Assembly (NCBI GenBank): GCA_040260805.1
Contig: JBDQPD010000073.1
Location: forward strand, 1-17,061
Source of the DNA: Myxococcota bacterium
GTDB taxonomy: Bacteria > Myxococcota > UBA4151
Direction of reading: 5' to 3'
Length of the DNA: 17,061 nt
Position numbers and translations under genes: made by a program. The first letter of the stretch is position 1. Each line of letters starts with the position of its first letter. Below the pieces are notes generated by a model that was not told the DNA's origin, did not search any database, and saw only the letters and a program-made list of their open reading frames with translations. This document shows positions 9,682 to 17,061 of this stretch, piece by piece.

Positions 9682-12414
9682 CGCGCGCTGCTCAAGGTAG
9701 CGCGCATCGGTGGACTCACCGCGCGCCTCCATCACCTTTGCAAGCTGAGCGAATAAACGAGCGACCTGGCGACTGCTGCCTTTTTGACCTGCGAGCTCAT
9801 TAAGCCCTTCGCGTAAGACCCACTCGGCGCGACCATAATCACTAGAGGCAGTCAGCGATTCGGCGTGATAGCCGGACAGCTCAAGCCGCTCGTCAACGCT
9901 GGCGATACCACCCTCGGCTAATCCTAATAAAGCATCGAGTTCGGCGCTAGCAGCTGCCCGCTGACCACGGGCTAAATGATGTCGACCTGCCAGCAAACGA
10001 GAGGCAAACTCGGCGCGCAGATCGCCTGCGGCTCGAGCGAGGTCGCGTGCGCAGATCGCCAAATCGCCCACCTCCTCCGAGCGCAAACCGTCCCCGCCGG
10101 CTGCCAGCAAAACCTCACCGCGTAGTGCCAGACAACGAGCCAATCCGGCGACGCGCCCGCTGCGCTGAAGCGAGCGCTCAACTCGCTCAAGGTCATCAAG
10201 CGCTGCCTCAAAATCGTCGTGCTCGAAGTGTGCGCGCGCCCTGCCCAACAAGACCACTGAGTCTGCAGGTAAGCTGGTCCCAGACCATGACGGCGTGACC
10301 TCAACTTCCGGATGCCTCTCGGCAATCATCAACGCTCGTCCGTGAACCGTTAGCGCCTCTTCAAGAGCGTTCGAATCGAGCGCCGCGTTCGCCGCTCGAA
10401 GGTACGCAATCACCGCGGATTCAGGCTGGTCGCCCTGCTCGTAGTGGTGGCCAAGCATAAAATCATCGCCTCGTCCGTGGCGATGCTTAGCCAGCCAGTT
10501 CGCAACGGCTTGGTGATGATGGATACGCTGACTTCTGAGTAAGTTCTCATAGGCGACGTCACGCACTAGCGTCTGCTTGAAGATGTATTCCGTGTCGCCA
10601 TGAATCACCGACTCACCTCGCTTAAAGACGAGCTCTCGGTCCTGAAGTTCAGACAAATAACCGTCCAAGCGTTGGTCATCACAGCCCAACGCGATCAAGC
10701 TCCCGCGCCAGAAGGTACGCCCAACCACTGCGGCGCGGTGCAAAACCTCGCGCGCTCCGGTGCTCAGTCGGTCCAAACGAGCTTGCAAGACGCCTTCGAC
10801 GGTTGAGGGCACCTCGATGGTCTCGGCATCTCGCGACATCACCCAACGGGTTGGACCGTCAATCTTCACCACGCCACGGTCCACCAGGTCGCGGATAATC
10901 TCCTCAGCATAAAAAGGATTGCCGTCGCTCCGACGAGCGACCTCGTCAATCAACGCGGCGACGCGTCCTTGAAGGTGCCGTAAGAGGTGGGCTACTAACT
11001 GTTTTGAGCCGCTCTCAGCGAGCGGTTGCAGCTCGAGCAAGCGGTGCTTGGGCAACCGGTCAAGCCATTGCGGCTCCTCTTCCAGGAAACTAGGTCGTGC
11101 GAGACAGAGCATCAGGACGGGCGCATCAGCGAGCTCTTCACCTAAATACTGAATGAGCTCGCGCGACAGAGCGCTCGACCAGTGCAGGTCTTCAAGCACC
11201 AAGAACAGCGGGACCTCATTCGCCATCCCCAACAGTAGATCCCTGAGCGCAGCGAACAGGTTTTTTCGAGTCGCCCGCCAATCGCCCTCCCGAGCGGGTA
11301 AAAATCCGGTCATCAGCAGGAGATCATCAGCCACCTCGTCCGCTCGTTTAGGCTCCGCCAACGAGCCGCGACATAGCTGCCGCATACGAGCTCTCGCCAT
11401 GGTCATACTGGCTCGTCGTGGAATCCGAGCGAGCCCGAGCACCATCCGAGCGAAAGCCTCTAGAGGCGACTGACCATGAGGCGTACAGTTTCCAATCAGG
11501 AACTGCTGTGCGTCGCCTTCGGCTGCCAAATGCTTGAGAAACTCATGGACCAGACGTGATTTGCCGAGCCCCTCTGCTCCGATCGCTGTGACCGCACCAA
11601 AAGTCTGCTCCGTCCGCGCTAAGCTCCACTGCTGAACCATCGCCGCCAACTCGGGCTCTCGACCGATCATATCGACCTGAACACCGTAAAGGGTGCGGAC
11701 GCCGATCCTGACCGCCCTTCGCTGACCATCGCCACGGACTCTATAAACAGCGAGCGGCTCGCTCTTACCCTTCACGTGGATCGGGTCGAGCGCTTCGGCG
11801 TCGAACATCCCACGGACGTGGCGATAGGTGGTCTCGCTCATAAGGATGCCACCGCTTGGGGCGGCATTTTCAATGCGTTCAGCGGTGTTCACGGCATCAC
11901 CGATCACGGTGTAAGAGCGGAGTTTCTCGTCACCTACCCACCCGGCAAATACTTTGCCGGTAGAGATTCCGATACGAATCGCTAGATGGTGTCCGTGCTT
12001 CGCGAGGACCTGCTGGGAGTAGTCCTCCATAAAGGCTTGCATCGCAATCGCTGCTCGGACCGCACGCTCTGGATCATTTCCGTGGCTGGTAGGGGCACCA
12101 AAGAGCGCCATCAAGCAATCGCCGATGTACTTATCGACGGTCCCACCAAAGCGCCTGACGCAGGCAGCGAGGCCCTCAAAACACCCATTAAGGATTTCGC
12201 GGATCGCTTCAGGCTCGTGACGCTCGCTCAATCGAGTAAAGCCGCGAACATCCGCAAAAAGCATGCTGACGAGTCGAATATCATCCCCGAAAGAGGCCGA
12301 CACACGAAGGTCAGACTTTCGGAACTGCGTGCCGCAGTTAGCGCAAAAACTCGCCACTTTGGGGTTGCCGGCAAACTGGCAAGCCTCACAAGCCTTCACT
12401 AGCGATTCGGCCAA
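9655..12414 (-). CDS. Class III adenylate cyclase with N-terminal zinc ribbon, STAND/AAA ATPase and C-terminal TPR-like region
   Basis: CEAC..FCANCG zinc ribbon. Cyclase motifs MLFADVRGFTRLSE, DKYIGDCLMALFG, YTVIGDAVNTAER and VKGK. IGREPEL, Walker A GAEGLGKS, Walker B LVLEDLHW, GNPFY, LQARLDRL, AAVVGRTF. Start placed at TTG 12414 (AGGAGG 4 nt upstream) rather than 12444. Confidence 0.93.
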   Translation of the reverse strand: MAESLVKACEACQFAGNPKVASFCANCGTQFRKSDLRVSASFGDDIRLVSMLFADVRGFTRLSERHEPEAIREILNGCFEGLAACVRRFGGTVDKYIGDCLMALFGAPTSHGNDPERAVRAAIAMQAFMEDYSQQVLAKHGHHLAIRIGISTGKVFAGWVGDEKLRSYTVIGDAVNTAERIENAAPSGGILMSETTYRHVRGMFDAEALDPIHVKGKSEPLAVYRVRGDGQRRAVRIGVRTLYGVQVDMIGREPELAAMVQQWSLARTEQTFGAVTAIGAEGLGKSRLVHEFLKHLAAEGDAQQFLIGNCTPHGQSPLEAFARMVLGLARIPRRASMTMARARMRQLCRGSLAEPKRADEVADDLLLMTGFLPAREGDWRATRKNLFAALRDLLLGMANEVPLFLVLEDLHWSSALSRELIQYLGEELADAPVLMLCLARPSFLEEEPQWLDRLPKHRLLELQPLAESGSKQLVAHLLRHLQGRVAALIDEVARRSDGNPFYAEEIIRDLVDRGVVKIDGPTRWVMSRDAETIEVPSTVEGVLQARLDRLSTGAREVLHRAAVVGRTFWRGSLIALGCDDQRLDGYLSELQDRELVFKRGESVIHGDTEYIFKQTLVRDVAYENLLRSQRIHHHQAVANWLAKHRHGRGDDFMLGHHYEQGDQPESAVIAYLRAANAALDSNALEEALTVHGRALMIAERHPEVEVTPSWSGTSLPADSVVLLGRARAHFEHDDFEAALDDLERVERSLQRSGRVAGLARCLALRGEVLLAAGGDGLRSEEVGDLAICARDLARAAGDLRAEFASRLLAGRHHLARGQRAAASAELDALLGLAEGGIASVDERLELSGYHAESLTASSDYGRAEWVLREGLNELAGQKGSSRQVARLFAQLAKVMEARGESTDARYLEQRALRQLTAPT

Positions 12415-12433
12415 AGCACCTCCTGGGGTGCGG

Positions 12434-12463
12434 ATTATGCCCAAGTTTTTCTACGAAACACAA
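12434..12463 (-). promoter_or_regulatory. Possible sigma-70-type promoter for the cyclase gene
   Basis: Minus strand TTGTGT-N18-CATAAT in an AT-rich patch, about 10 nt upstream of the AGGAGG RBS. Confidence 0.35.
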
Positions 12464-12520
12464 TTTTCAGAACCAGCAGCAAGGCGCCACCGAGCACAAC
12501 CCCACCGAGGCGTTCAGGAT

Positions 12521-12709
12521 CTAGATCGTAAAGGTGTCGTCTGTGCCGAACATGTCGATCACCATCTCACCGCGCTCGCTGGGTTCGTCCTGGCGCTTTA
12601 GCCCCGGGCGTTCCGGCAATGACGGCACCGGCATTTCAAGTTCGAGTTCTCGTCCGCGCTCTGGCGTCCTTGCCGGAATAAGCGGTAACTTCTTTCGCCT
12701 GATCTTCAT
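12521..12709 (-). CDS. Small (62 aa) hypothetical protein MKIRRKKLP...ERGEMVIDMFGTDDTFTI
   Basis: ATG at 12709 preceded by GGGGAG RBS and a sigma-54 promoter about 45 nt upstream. In frame with the longer 88-aa track ORF, whose start (12787) would lie upstream of that promoter. Confidence 0.7.
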   Translation of the reverse strand: MKIRRKKLPLIPARTPERGRELELEMPVPSLPERPGLKRQDEPSERGEMVIDMFGTDDTFTI

Positions 12710-12754
12710 GGCGTCTCCCCGGCTCTGCCAAGCACCCCACACGTCCTTGAGTGG

Positions 12755-12770
12755 TGCACGAAGCGTGCCA
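12755..12770 (-). promoter_or_regulatory. Sigma-54 (RpoN) -24/-12 promoter
   Basis: Minus strand TGGCACGCTTCGTGCA: GG-N10-GC spacing, one mismatch to TGGCACG-N4-TTGCA. Lies in a ~255-nt intergenic gap, oriented toward the small ORF. Confidence 0.75.
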
Positions 12771-12965
12771 AATAACAGAAGGTACAACTCGTCCCGAGGG
12801 CTCGGACCTTCCTGTCCTTTTCAACGGTCCATTTGTGCAAACGATTCAGGCAGTAGACAAATTTTGGTTGTGCGCTGGCTCACATCAGTCCGCACAGCGG
12901 GCAAAACGCCGACCAGCGCCAGCCGCTTTGTTCAGCCAAACAAGGCCGTGTCTGCGGAGTTTTGG

Positions 12966-14015
12966 TCAGCCGCAGATCACGCCGCCAGCCACGACCCAGT
13001 CTTGATCATCGTAGGCGACGGCCACTTGGCCAGGAGCAGGGCGGCGCACCGGTTCTGGAAACAACAACTGCGCACGACCGCCCTCTTGGGGGACAATTTG
13101 TGCAGCCACTGGCTCTCCGCGGGACCGAAGCTTGACCCCGACCGCAAGGGTCGCCGGCGGTATATGCCAATGCATCTCCATCAAATCGATACGCTCGGTC
13201 GTTGCGACCGCACCATGCCGAACGATCACCTCGTTGGTCTCGGGACGAACTGCCACAACATACCAAGGACCACCCGGCATTCCCAGACCTCGACGCTGGC
13301 CGACGGTGTACGCATCAAACCCTTTGTGGGGACCTAGATCTCGGCCGTTCTCATCGACAATTCGACCCAATCCAGGGTCCTCACCTGTCAACCGACGAAC
13401 CACGACATGCGGAGGATGTGGGGTCACAAAACATGCATCCTGACTCTCGCTCTTGTCTGCCGTCGGCAAGCCCATTGCGTCGGCGCGTGCCCGCACCTCC
13501 TCTTTGGTCAGGTCCGCGAGCGGCAGCCAAAACTTAGGCAGGCGCTCGACCGGTACAGGATACAAGAAGTAGCTCTGGTCTTTGATTCGGTTCGCCGCTC
13601 GTCCGAGACGCCATCGACCGTCGACTTCCTCGACCTTAGCAAAATGCCCCGTCGCCAAAGCGTCGGCACCGAGCGCGTCTGCTCGAGCGGTAAGCGCCCG
13701 AAACTTCACGATGGCGTTGCAGCGAATGCAAGGATTGGGGGTGCGGCCTTCGCGATAGCCTTCGGCCCAAGGCTCGATGACGGTCTGACGAAAGACCTCA
13801 GTAAAGTTGAGCACATAAAAGGGTATATTGAGTTGATCTGCGACATGACGAGCATCGAACAAGTCATCTGGTGAACAGCAACTTTTCCCAGACTTCTCGG
13901 GCGCATCGTACAAGCGCATGCTCAGCCCGATCACCTCGTGACCGGCTTCAAGCAGCATCGCCGCCGTCACCGAGCTATCGACCCCTCCACTCAGGCCTAC
14001 TGCGACGAGCGCCAT
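12966..14015 (-). CDS. mnmA: tRNA 2-thiouridine(34) synthase MnmA
   Basis: PP-loop SGGVDSS, SCCS, GRTPNPCIRCN, ATGHFA, KDQSYFL, KSESQDACF, YTVGQRRGLG, APGQVAV. Confidence 0.97.
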   Translation of the reverse strand: MALVAVGLSGGVDSSVTAAMLLEAGHEVIGLSMRLYDAPEKSGKSCCSPDDLFDARHVADQLNIPFYVLNFTEVFRQTVIEPWAEGYREGRTPNPCIRCNAIVKFRALTARADALGADALATGHFAKVEEVDGRWRLGRAANRIKDQSYFLYPVPVERLPKFWLPLADLTKEEVRARADAMGLPTADKSESQDACFVTPHPPHVVVRRLTGEDPGLGRIVDENGRDLGPHKGFDAYTVGQRRGLGMPGGPWYVVAVRPETNEVIVRHGAVATTERIDLMEMHWHIPPATLAVGVKLRSRGEPVAAQIVPQEGGRAQLLFPEPVRRPAPGQVAVAYDDQDWVVAGGVICG

Positions 14016-14018
14016 CGA

Positions 14019-14696
14019 CTACCTCGGACAACTCTGGCCTTCAGGCTCAGTCAAAAGCATCTTTTGGCATTGCCCCAGCCAGCTGCCGACCAAAGGCACG
14101 TCGATGGTTACATTTAAATCACCCGTTAGACTGTCGCTCGGGTCCGTCGTCTGGCGTGAGATGGACAGCTGAAGGCTCCCCTTGAAACGCCCCGCAGCGC
14201 CGGGCGTCGGAGCCGTGATTTCGTCAACTGTTAGCGCCCAGCCACGATCGAACCCGATGCTACGAGGCGACACGGCCGCCTCGGTCGCAGGCTCTCCTGG
14301 GTCGCGGCGCGTTCCGATGCTCATCTCGATCACCGCCTCGCCATCGCTGGTTTCGTACCGCTCGCCGCTACGTAGTTCATCGCCCATAGCGCTTAAGGGC
14401 AGCGTAAAGCTCAAATGGTCGGCTAAGGCGGCCGCAGCAGCGATCCGATGCCGCTCCTCAAGCTCCAAACCGTCCAGCGAATCCGTCGAGGCAAAAACAG
14501 CGCCCGACATCTCCAAACGAAAGGTGTAGGGTCTAAACTCATTGCCGTTACCTGCGGGCACCCGCGCCTCTTCCCACGCCCAGCCGCTGCCGCCGAGCAC
14601 CATCTGGACATCGCCGAGCGTACCGGACACCTGACTTGGAACCGCATCGTCGCCGCCGCAGGCGACCAGAAAAAGGCTTACGAGCAGGACCCTCAT
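14019..14696 (-). CDS. Hypothetical lipoprotein (paralog 2 of tandem pair)
   Basis: Lipobox FLVA-C-GG. ATGA overlap with the upstream paralog; stop 3 nt before mnmA. Beta-rich sequence with a C-terminal Cys pair. Confidence 0.8.
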   Translation of the reverse strand: MRVLLVSLFLVACGGDDAVPSQVSGTLGDVQMVLGGSGWAWEEARVPAGNGNEFRPYTFRLEMSGAVFASTDSLDGLELEERHRIAAAAALADHLSFTLPLSAMGDELRSGERYETSDGEAVIEMSIGTRRDPGEPATEAAVSPRSIGFDRGWALTVDEITAPTPGAAGRFKGSLQLSISRQTTDPSDSLTGDLNVTIDVPLVGSWLGQCQKMLLTEPEGQSCPR

Positions 14697-15409
14697 TCGC
14701 CGCTACCCTCACAGGGCCACTCACGGAAGCGCTCGTAATCCACCCCGTAGTTGGTGGTTTCGTTGCATTGGGAGAGCCGCTCGGAGACCACCGGTATGGT
14801 AAAGTCAAAGGCCATCTGCCCTACGCGGACGTCCTCGGCATCTCGCGCCGGATCACGTTCAACATTAACGCTCAGGGTTCCAGCGACTTCGGCGCCGTGC
14901 TCGCGCCCGAGCCCTGTGAAGGTGATCTCAAAGGTCAGCTTGCTGCCCGCTTGGGTGGTTGAGCCCGGCACGGGCGCATCAGTAGCGATCGTGCGCCCCA
15001 CGAAAAGGTTGAGCTCAGCTTCAAGGTCACGATTGGTGTACTTTGTGCCAGTCACCAGCTCATCAAGTTGACCGTCCCCATCCAAATCGCTGAATGAGCG
15101 CAGGCTAAACTCGAGACGAGCCGATCGCGACCACTCCGCCGCCGTTTCAGCCCTGCGGTCTAGACTCTCGTACCGATAGTCTAAGGTTGGATCGAGCTCA
15201 GTTCCGGTAAACCTGAGTTCGAGCAGCGCGGGCGTGTGGTTCTCCATCTGCCCGGTTTCACGCTGAAGCGTCGCCGAACGCCACCATGCGTAACTGGTCC
15301 CAGAAAACTGGTCCGCAGCGTCGGCAAAATCGCCATCACCGCTAATCGAAAGTGAAGAACCGCCGCACGCAGCTAGTGCGCTGAGGCAGATGATGAGGGC
15401 GAAGCGCAT
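14693..15409 (-). CDS. Hypothetical lipoprotein (paralog 1 of tandem pair)
   Basis: Start moved to ATG 15409 (GGAGG RBS), giving MRFALIICLSALAA-C-GG lipobox. Contains a DLDGDGQLDE motif and a C-terminal Cys pair. Confidence 0.8.
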   Translation of the reverse strand: MRFALIICLSALAACGGSSLSISGDGDFADAADQFSGTSYAWWRSATLQRETGQMENHTPALLELRFTGTELDPTLDYRYESLDRRAETAAEWSRSARLEFSLRSFSDLDGDGQLDELVTGTKYTNRDLEAELNLFVGRTIATDAPVPGSTTQAGSKLTFEITFTGLGREHGAEVAGTLSVNVERDPARDAEDVRVGQMAFDFTIPVVSERLSQCNETTNYGVDYERFREWPCEGSGE

Positions 15410-15439
15410 GAGGCCTCCACATCGAGTTTGATACACGTT

Positions 15440-15466
15440 CGTGCTCTCGGGTCTATCCGAAGCACG
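15440..15466. other. Imperfect intergenic inverted repeat (hairpin)
   Basis: CGTGCT-c-TCGG-gtctat-CCGA-AGCACG: 10-bp stem with a 1-nt bulge, in the 80-nt gap between two co-oriented genes. No U-tract. Confidence 0.4.
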
Positions 15467-15489
15467 GCTGCTCTGCACGCGACGTAGCG

Positions 15490-17061
15490 CTAAGAGCAAC
15501 CCCGTTTCCGCCGACGGCGCAACAAGGGAAGTAATAAAATGGCTGCGGACTCAAGCCCAATTGCACCACAACCACAGCCTCCACCCCGAGGAGGCGGCGG
15601 AGGGACAACGACGCCCGCGTCGGCGACCTCTTCGGCAGGCCGGCGGTCACGAAAGTTACTAAAGTCCGATGGCGAACGCGGCATGATCCCGCGCTGACCG
15701 GCTCCCCCACCTTCGACGATCTCGTCGCCGATCCCTGTCAGATCAAACTGGAAAAGGTCCCACTGGTCTTCGCCGCTGAAGCTCTCCGGCGGCAGACTCA
15801 TGGCGCTGCGGTTGACGCAGACCTGAGCGCCTTCTTCGTCCATGCAGGCGAAGCGTTCAACGTGAACTCCGATGCGAACATTCTCTTCATCGCCGACGCT
15901 AAAAGTTCCATTTTGTCCAGAACGCGGCAGCTGCTGATTGGAATCCGCCAGGTGTAGGTCGGCGACCGTGATGAGCACGCCTTCGTACACTTCACCGTCG
16001 ATCAAAAGCTGCCTTGCGGTGACCAGCGTCGGAGCAAAAACACGCTCGGCAGGCTCGCCCTCTCCTCCAGCTCCCAACTTCTCAATCAAGATCGGGTCAT
16101 CGAGCCGGGCATCAACGAGGGTCATTCGCCCACGTCGAGTCTCGATCTTACCCAGCACCCGAACTCGTACACCGCTACGCAACTCATCCAAGTCGACGAT
16201 CGCCTGACACACACTGCGAGGGCCACAGCGCTCGCCTCCAATGCACTCTGTATTGCTTTGGCAGGACTCGGCCCCTTCGGCAGCGGGTGCCCAGATGTGA
16301 TCGATCGTGCTGCTTCGCACGATCAAACCGCCACTATCGTCTTGTACAGCAAACCCCACACCGCCCGTACGGCTTTCTCGGAACGTCGTGTATTCGGTGG
16401 TCAACCAACCTTCAATCCAGACCCGCTTACCCTCGAAGCTGCCGTTGGCTTCGCCGTCACCGGGACGGAGGGTCGCAATCGCAGTCCGCTCCTGCGGCCA
16501 CTGCTCATCCTCTCGAGGTCTAAAGTTGCTAAAGTCTGACCAGGTTCGAGCGCGCAGTTGCCGTCCGTTGTCCCCAGGCGCTCCTCCTCCACGAAAAGAT
16601 TGATCTGCGATCGCGATCAGATCGGCTTGGCTTCGTTCAGGCCATACCTGACCCGCTACATCCGTCGTCTTTTCGATATAGATCGGCACCGGTGTTTCGC
16701 CGGGAAGTACCGTCGAGTCATGCAGCTGGAAGGAACCACCGGTCCCGGCTCGGGGCAACCGCTGCGAGAGATCATCGGAGAAAACGCCGGCAATACTGAC
16801 CAAGCGACCTTCCATCGACTCGCTCGTCTCCAAAAACCCTCGAAGCGACATCTCGACCGGCGCTGGAATCTCAGCCTCTGCTTCCAGAACCTCAATCACC
16901 GGCGCTAGACGCGGTAAACTTCCCTCGGAGCAACGCTCCGGCGGGCTATCTGAGCTGCAGGCAGGGTCGATAAAGTCAGTCATCATCAACCGGCCCTGGA
17001 AGCTACGAATCAGCCCGCCCACACGAACCCGCTGCCCGGCAGTGATCGTTTCGATCCCAGC
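15490..17061 (-). CDS. Large surface protein (5'-truncated) with duplicated OB-fold-like units and MYXO-CTERM anchor
   Basis: Frame stays open from 17022 to the window edge (AGIETITAGQRVRV...). Motifs GKRVWIEGWLT..FAVQDDSGGLIV..GVRVRVLG..G.MTL, PTLVT..YEGVLITV and IMPRSPSDF resemble YhcR/ExeM-type OB-fold pairs. Ends in a Pro linker plus GGGCGC-TM-RRRRKR. Confidence 0.85.
   Translation of the reverse strand, partial: AGIETITAGQRVRVGGLIRSFQGRLMMTDFIDPACSSDSPPERCSEGSLPRLAPVIEVLEAEAEIPAPVEMSLRGFLETSESMEGRLVSIAGVFSDDLSQRLPRAGTGGSFQLHDSTVLPGETPVPIYIEKTTDVAGQVWPERSQADLIAIADQSFRGGGAPGDNGRQLRARTWSDFSNFRPREDEQWPQERTAIATLRPGDGEANGSFEGKRVWIEGWLTTEYTTFRESRTGGVGFAVQDDSGGLIVRSSTIDHIWAPAAEGAESCQSNTECIGGERCGPRSVCQAIVDLDELRSGVRVRVLGKIETRRGRMTLVDARLDDPILIEKLGAGGEGEPAERVFAPTLVTARQLLIDGEVYEGVLITVADLHLADSNQQLPRSGQNGTFSVGDEENVRIGVHVERFACMDEEGAQVCVNRSAMSLPPESFSGEDQWDLFQFDLTGIGDEIVEGGGAGQRGIMPRSPSDFSNFRDRRPAEEVADAGVVVPPPPPRGGGCGCGAIGLESAAILLLPLLRRRRKRGCS

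Noticed and set aside
9655..12414. Anti-phage Avs/CBASS/Pycsar-type defence system
   Set aside because: The cyclase-STAND architecture is a common signalling type with ATP-specifying residues. There is no adjacent cyclic-nucleotide effector or defence-island context.
12534..13337. 267-aa plus-strand ORF spanning the intergenic gap
   Set aside because: It overlaps mnmA and the small RBS/sigma-54-supported ORF in antisense, and its composition is not protein-like.
15410..15499. N-terminal extension of the 14693-15499 track ORF
   Set aside because: The GGAGG RBS and lipoprotein signal start at ATG 15409. The extension overlaps the upstream gene and the hairpin.

Overview
A gene-dense chromosomal window, almost entirely on the minus strand, from a Myxococcota-like (deltaproteobacterial) bacterium. 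The assignment rests on Glt/Nfs-type genes, two MYXO-CTERM-like tails and Cys-rich lipoproteins; GC looks like roughly 58-60% by eye. In transcription order (right to left): an N-terminally truncated MYXO-CTERM-anchored surface protein with duplicated OB-fold-like units; two tandem paralogous lipoproteins; mnmA; a 62-aa protein behind a near-consensus sigma-54 promoter; a Zn-ribbon/adenylate cyclase/STAND-ATPase protein; one plus-strand MYXO-CTERM-like protein; eno; a coiled-coil protein; a small beta-barrel candidate; a 71-Cys lipoprotein; a MIDAS vWA lipoprotein; two OM beta-barrels (GltB/GltA-like); a GltC-like TPR protein; and the first 15 codons of a further secreted protein. The most notable feature is that a vWA adhesin candidate and a Cys-repeat lipoprotein sit directly upstream of gltB-gltA-gltC, where M. 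xanthus has gltK, suggesting a single-locus adhesion/gliding outer-membrane platform. No RNA genes, CRISPR arrays or mobile elements were seen. All family calls come from motif recognition, not database searches.
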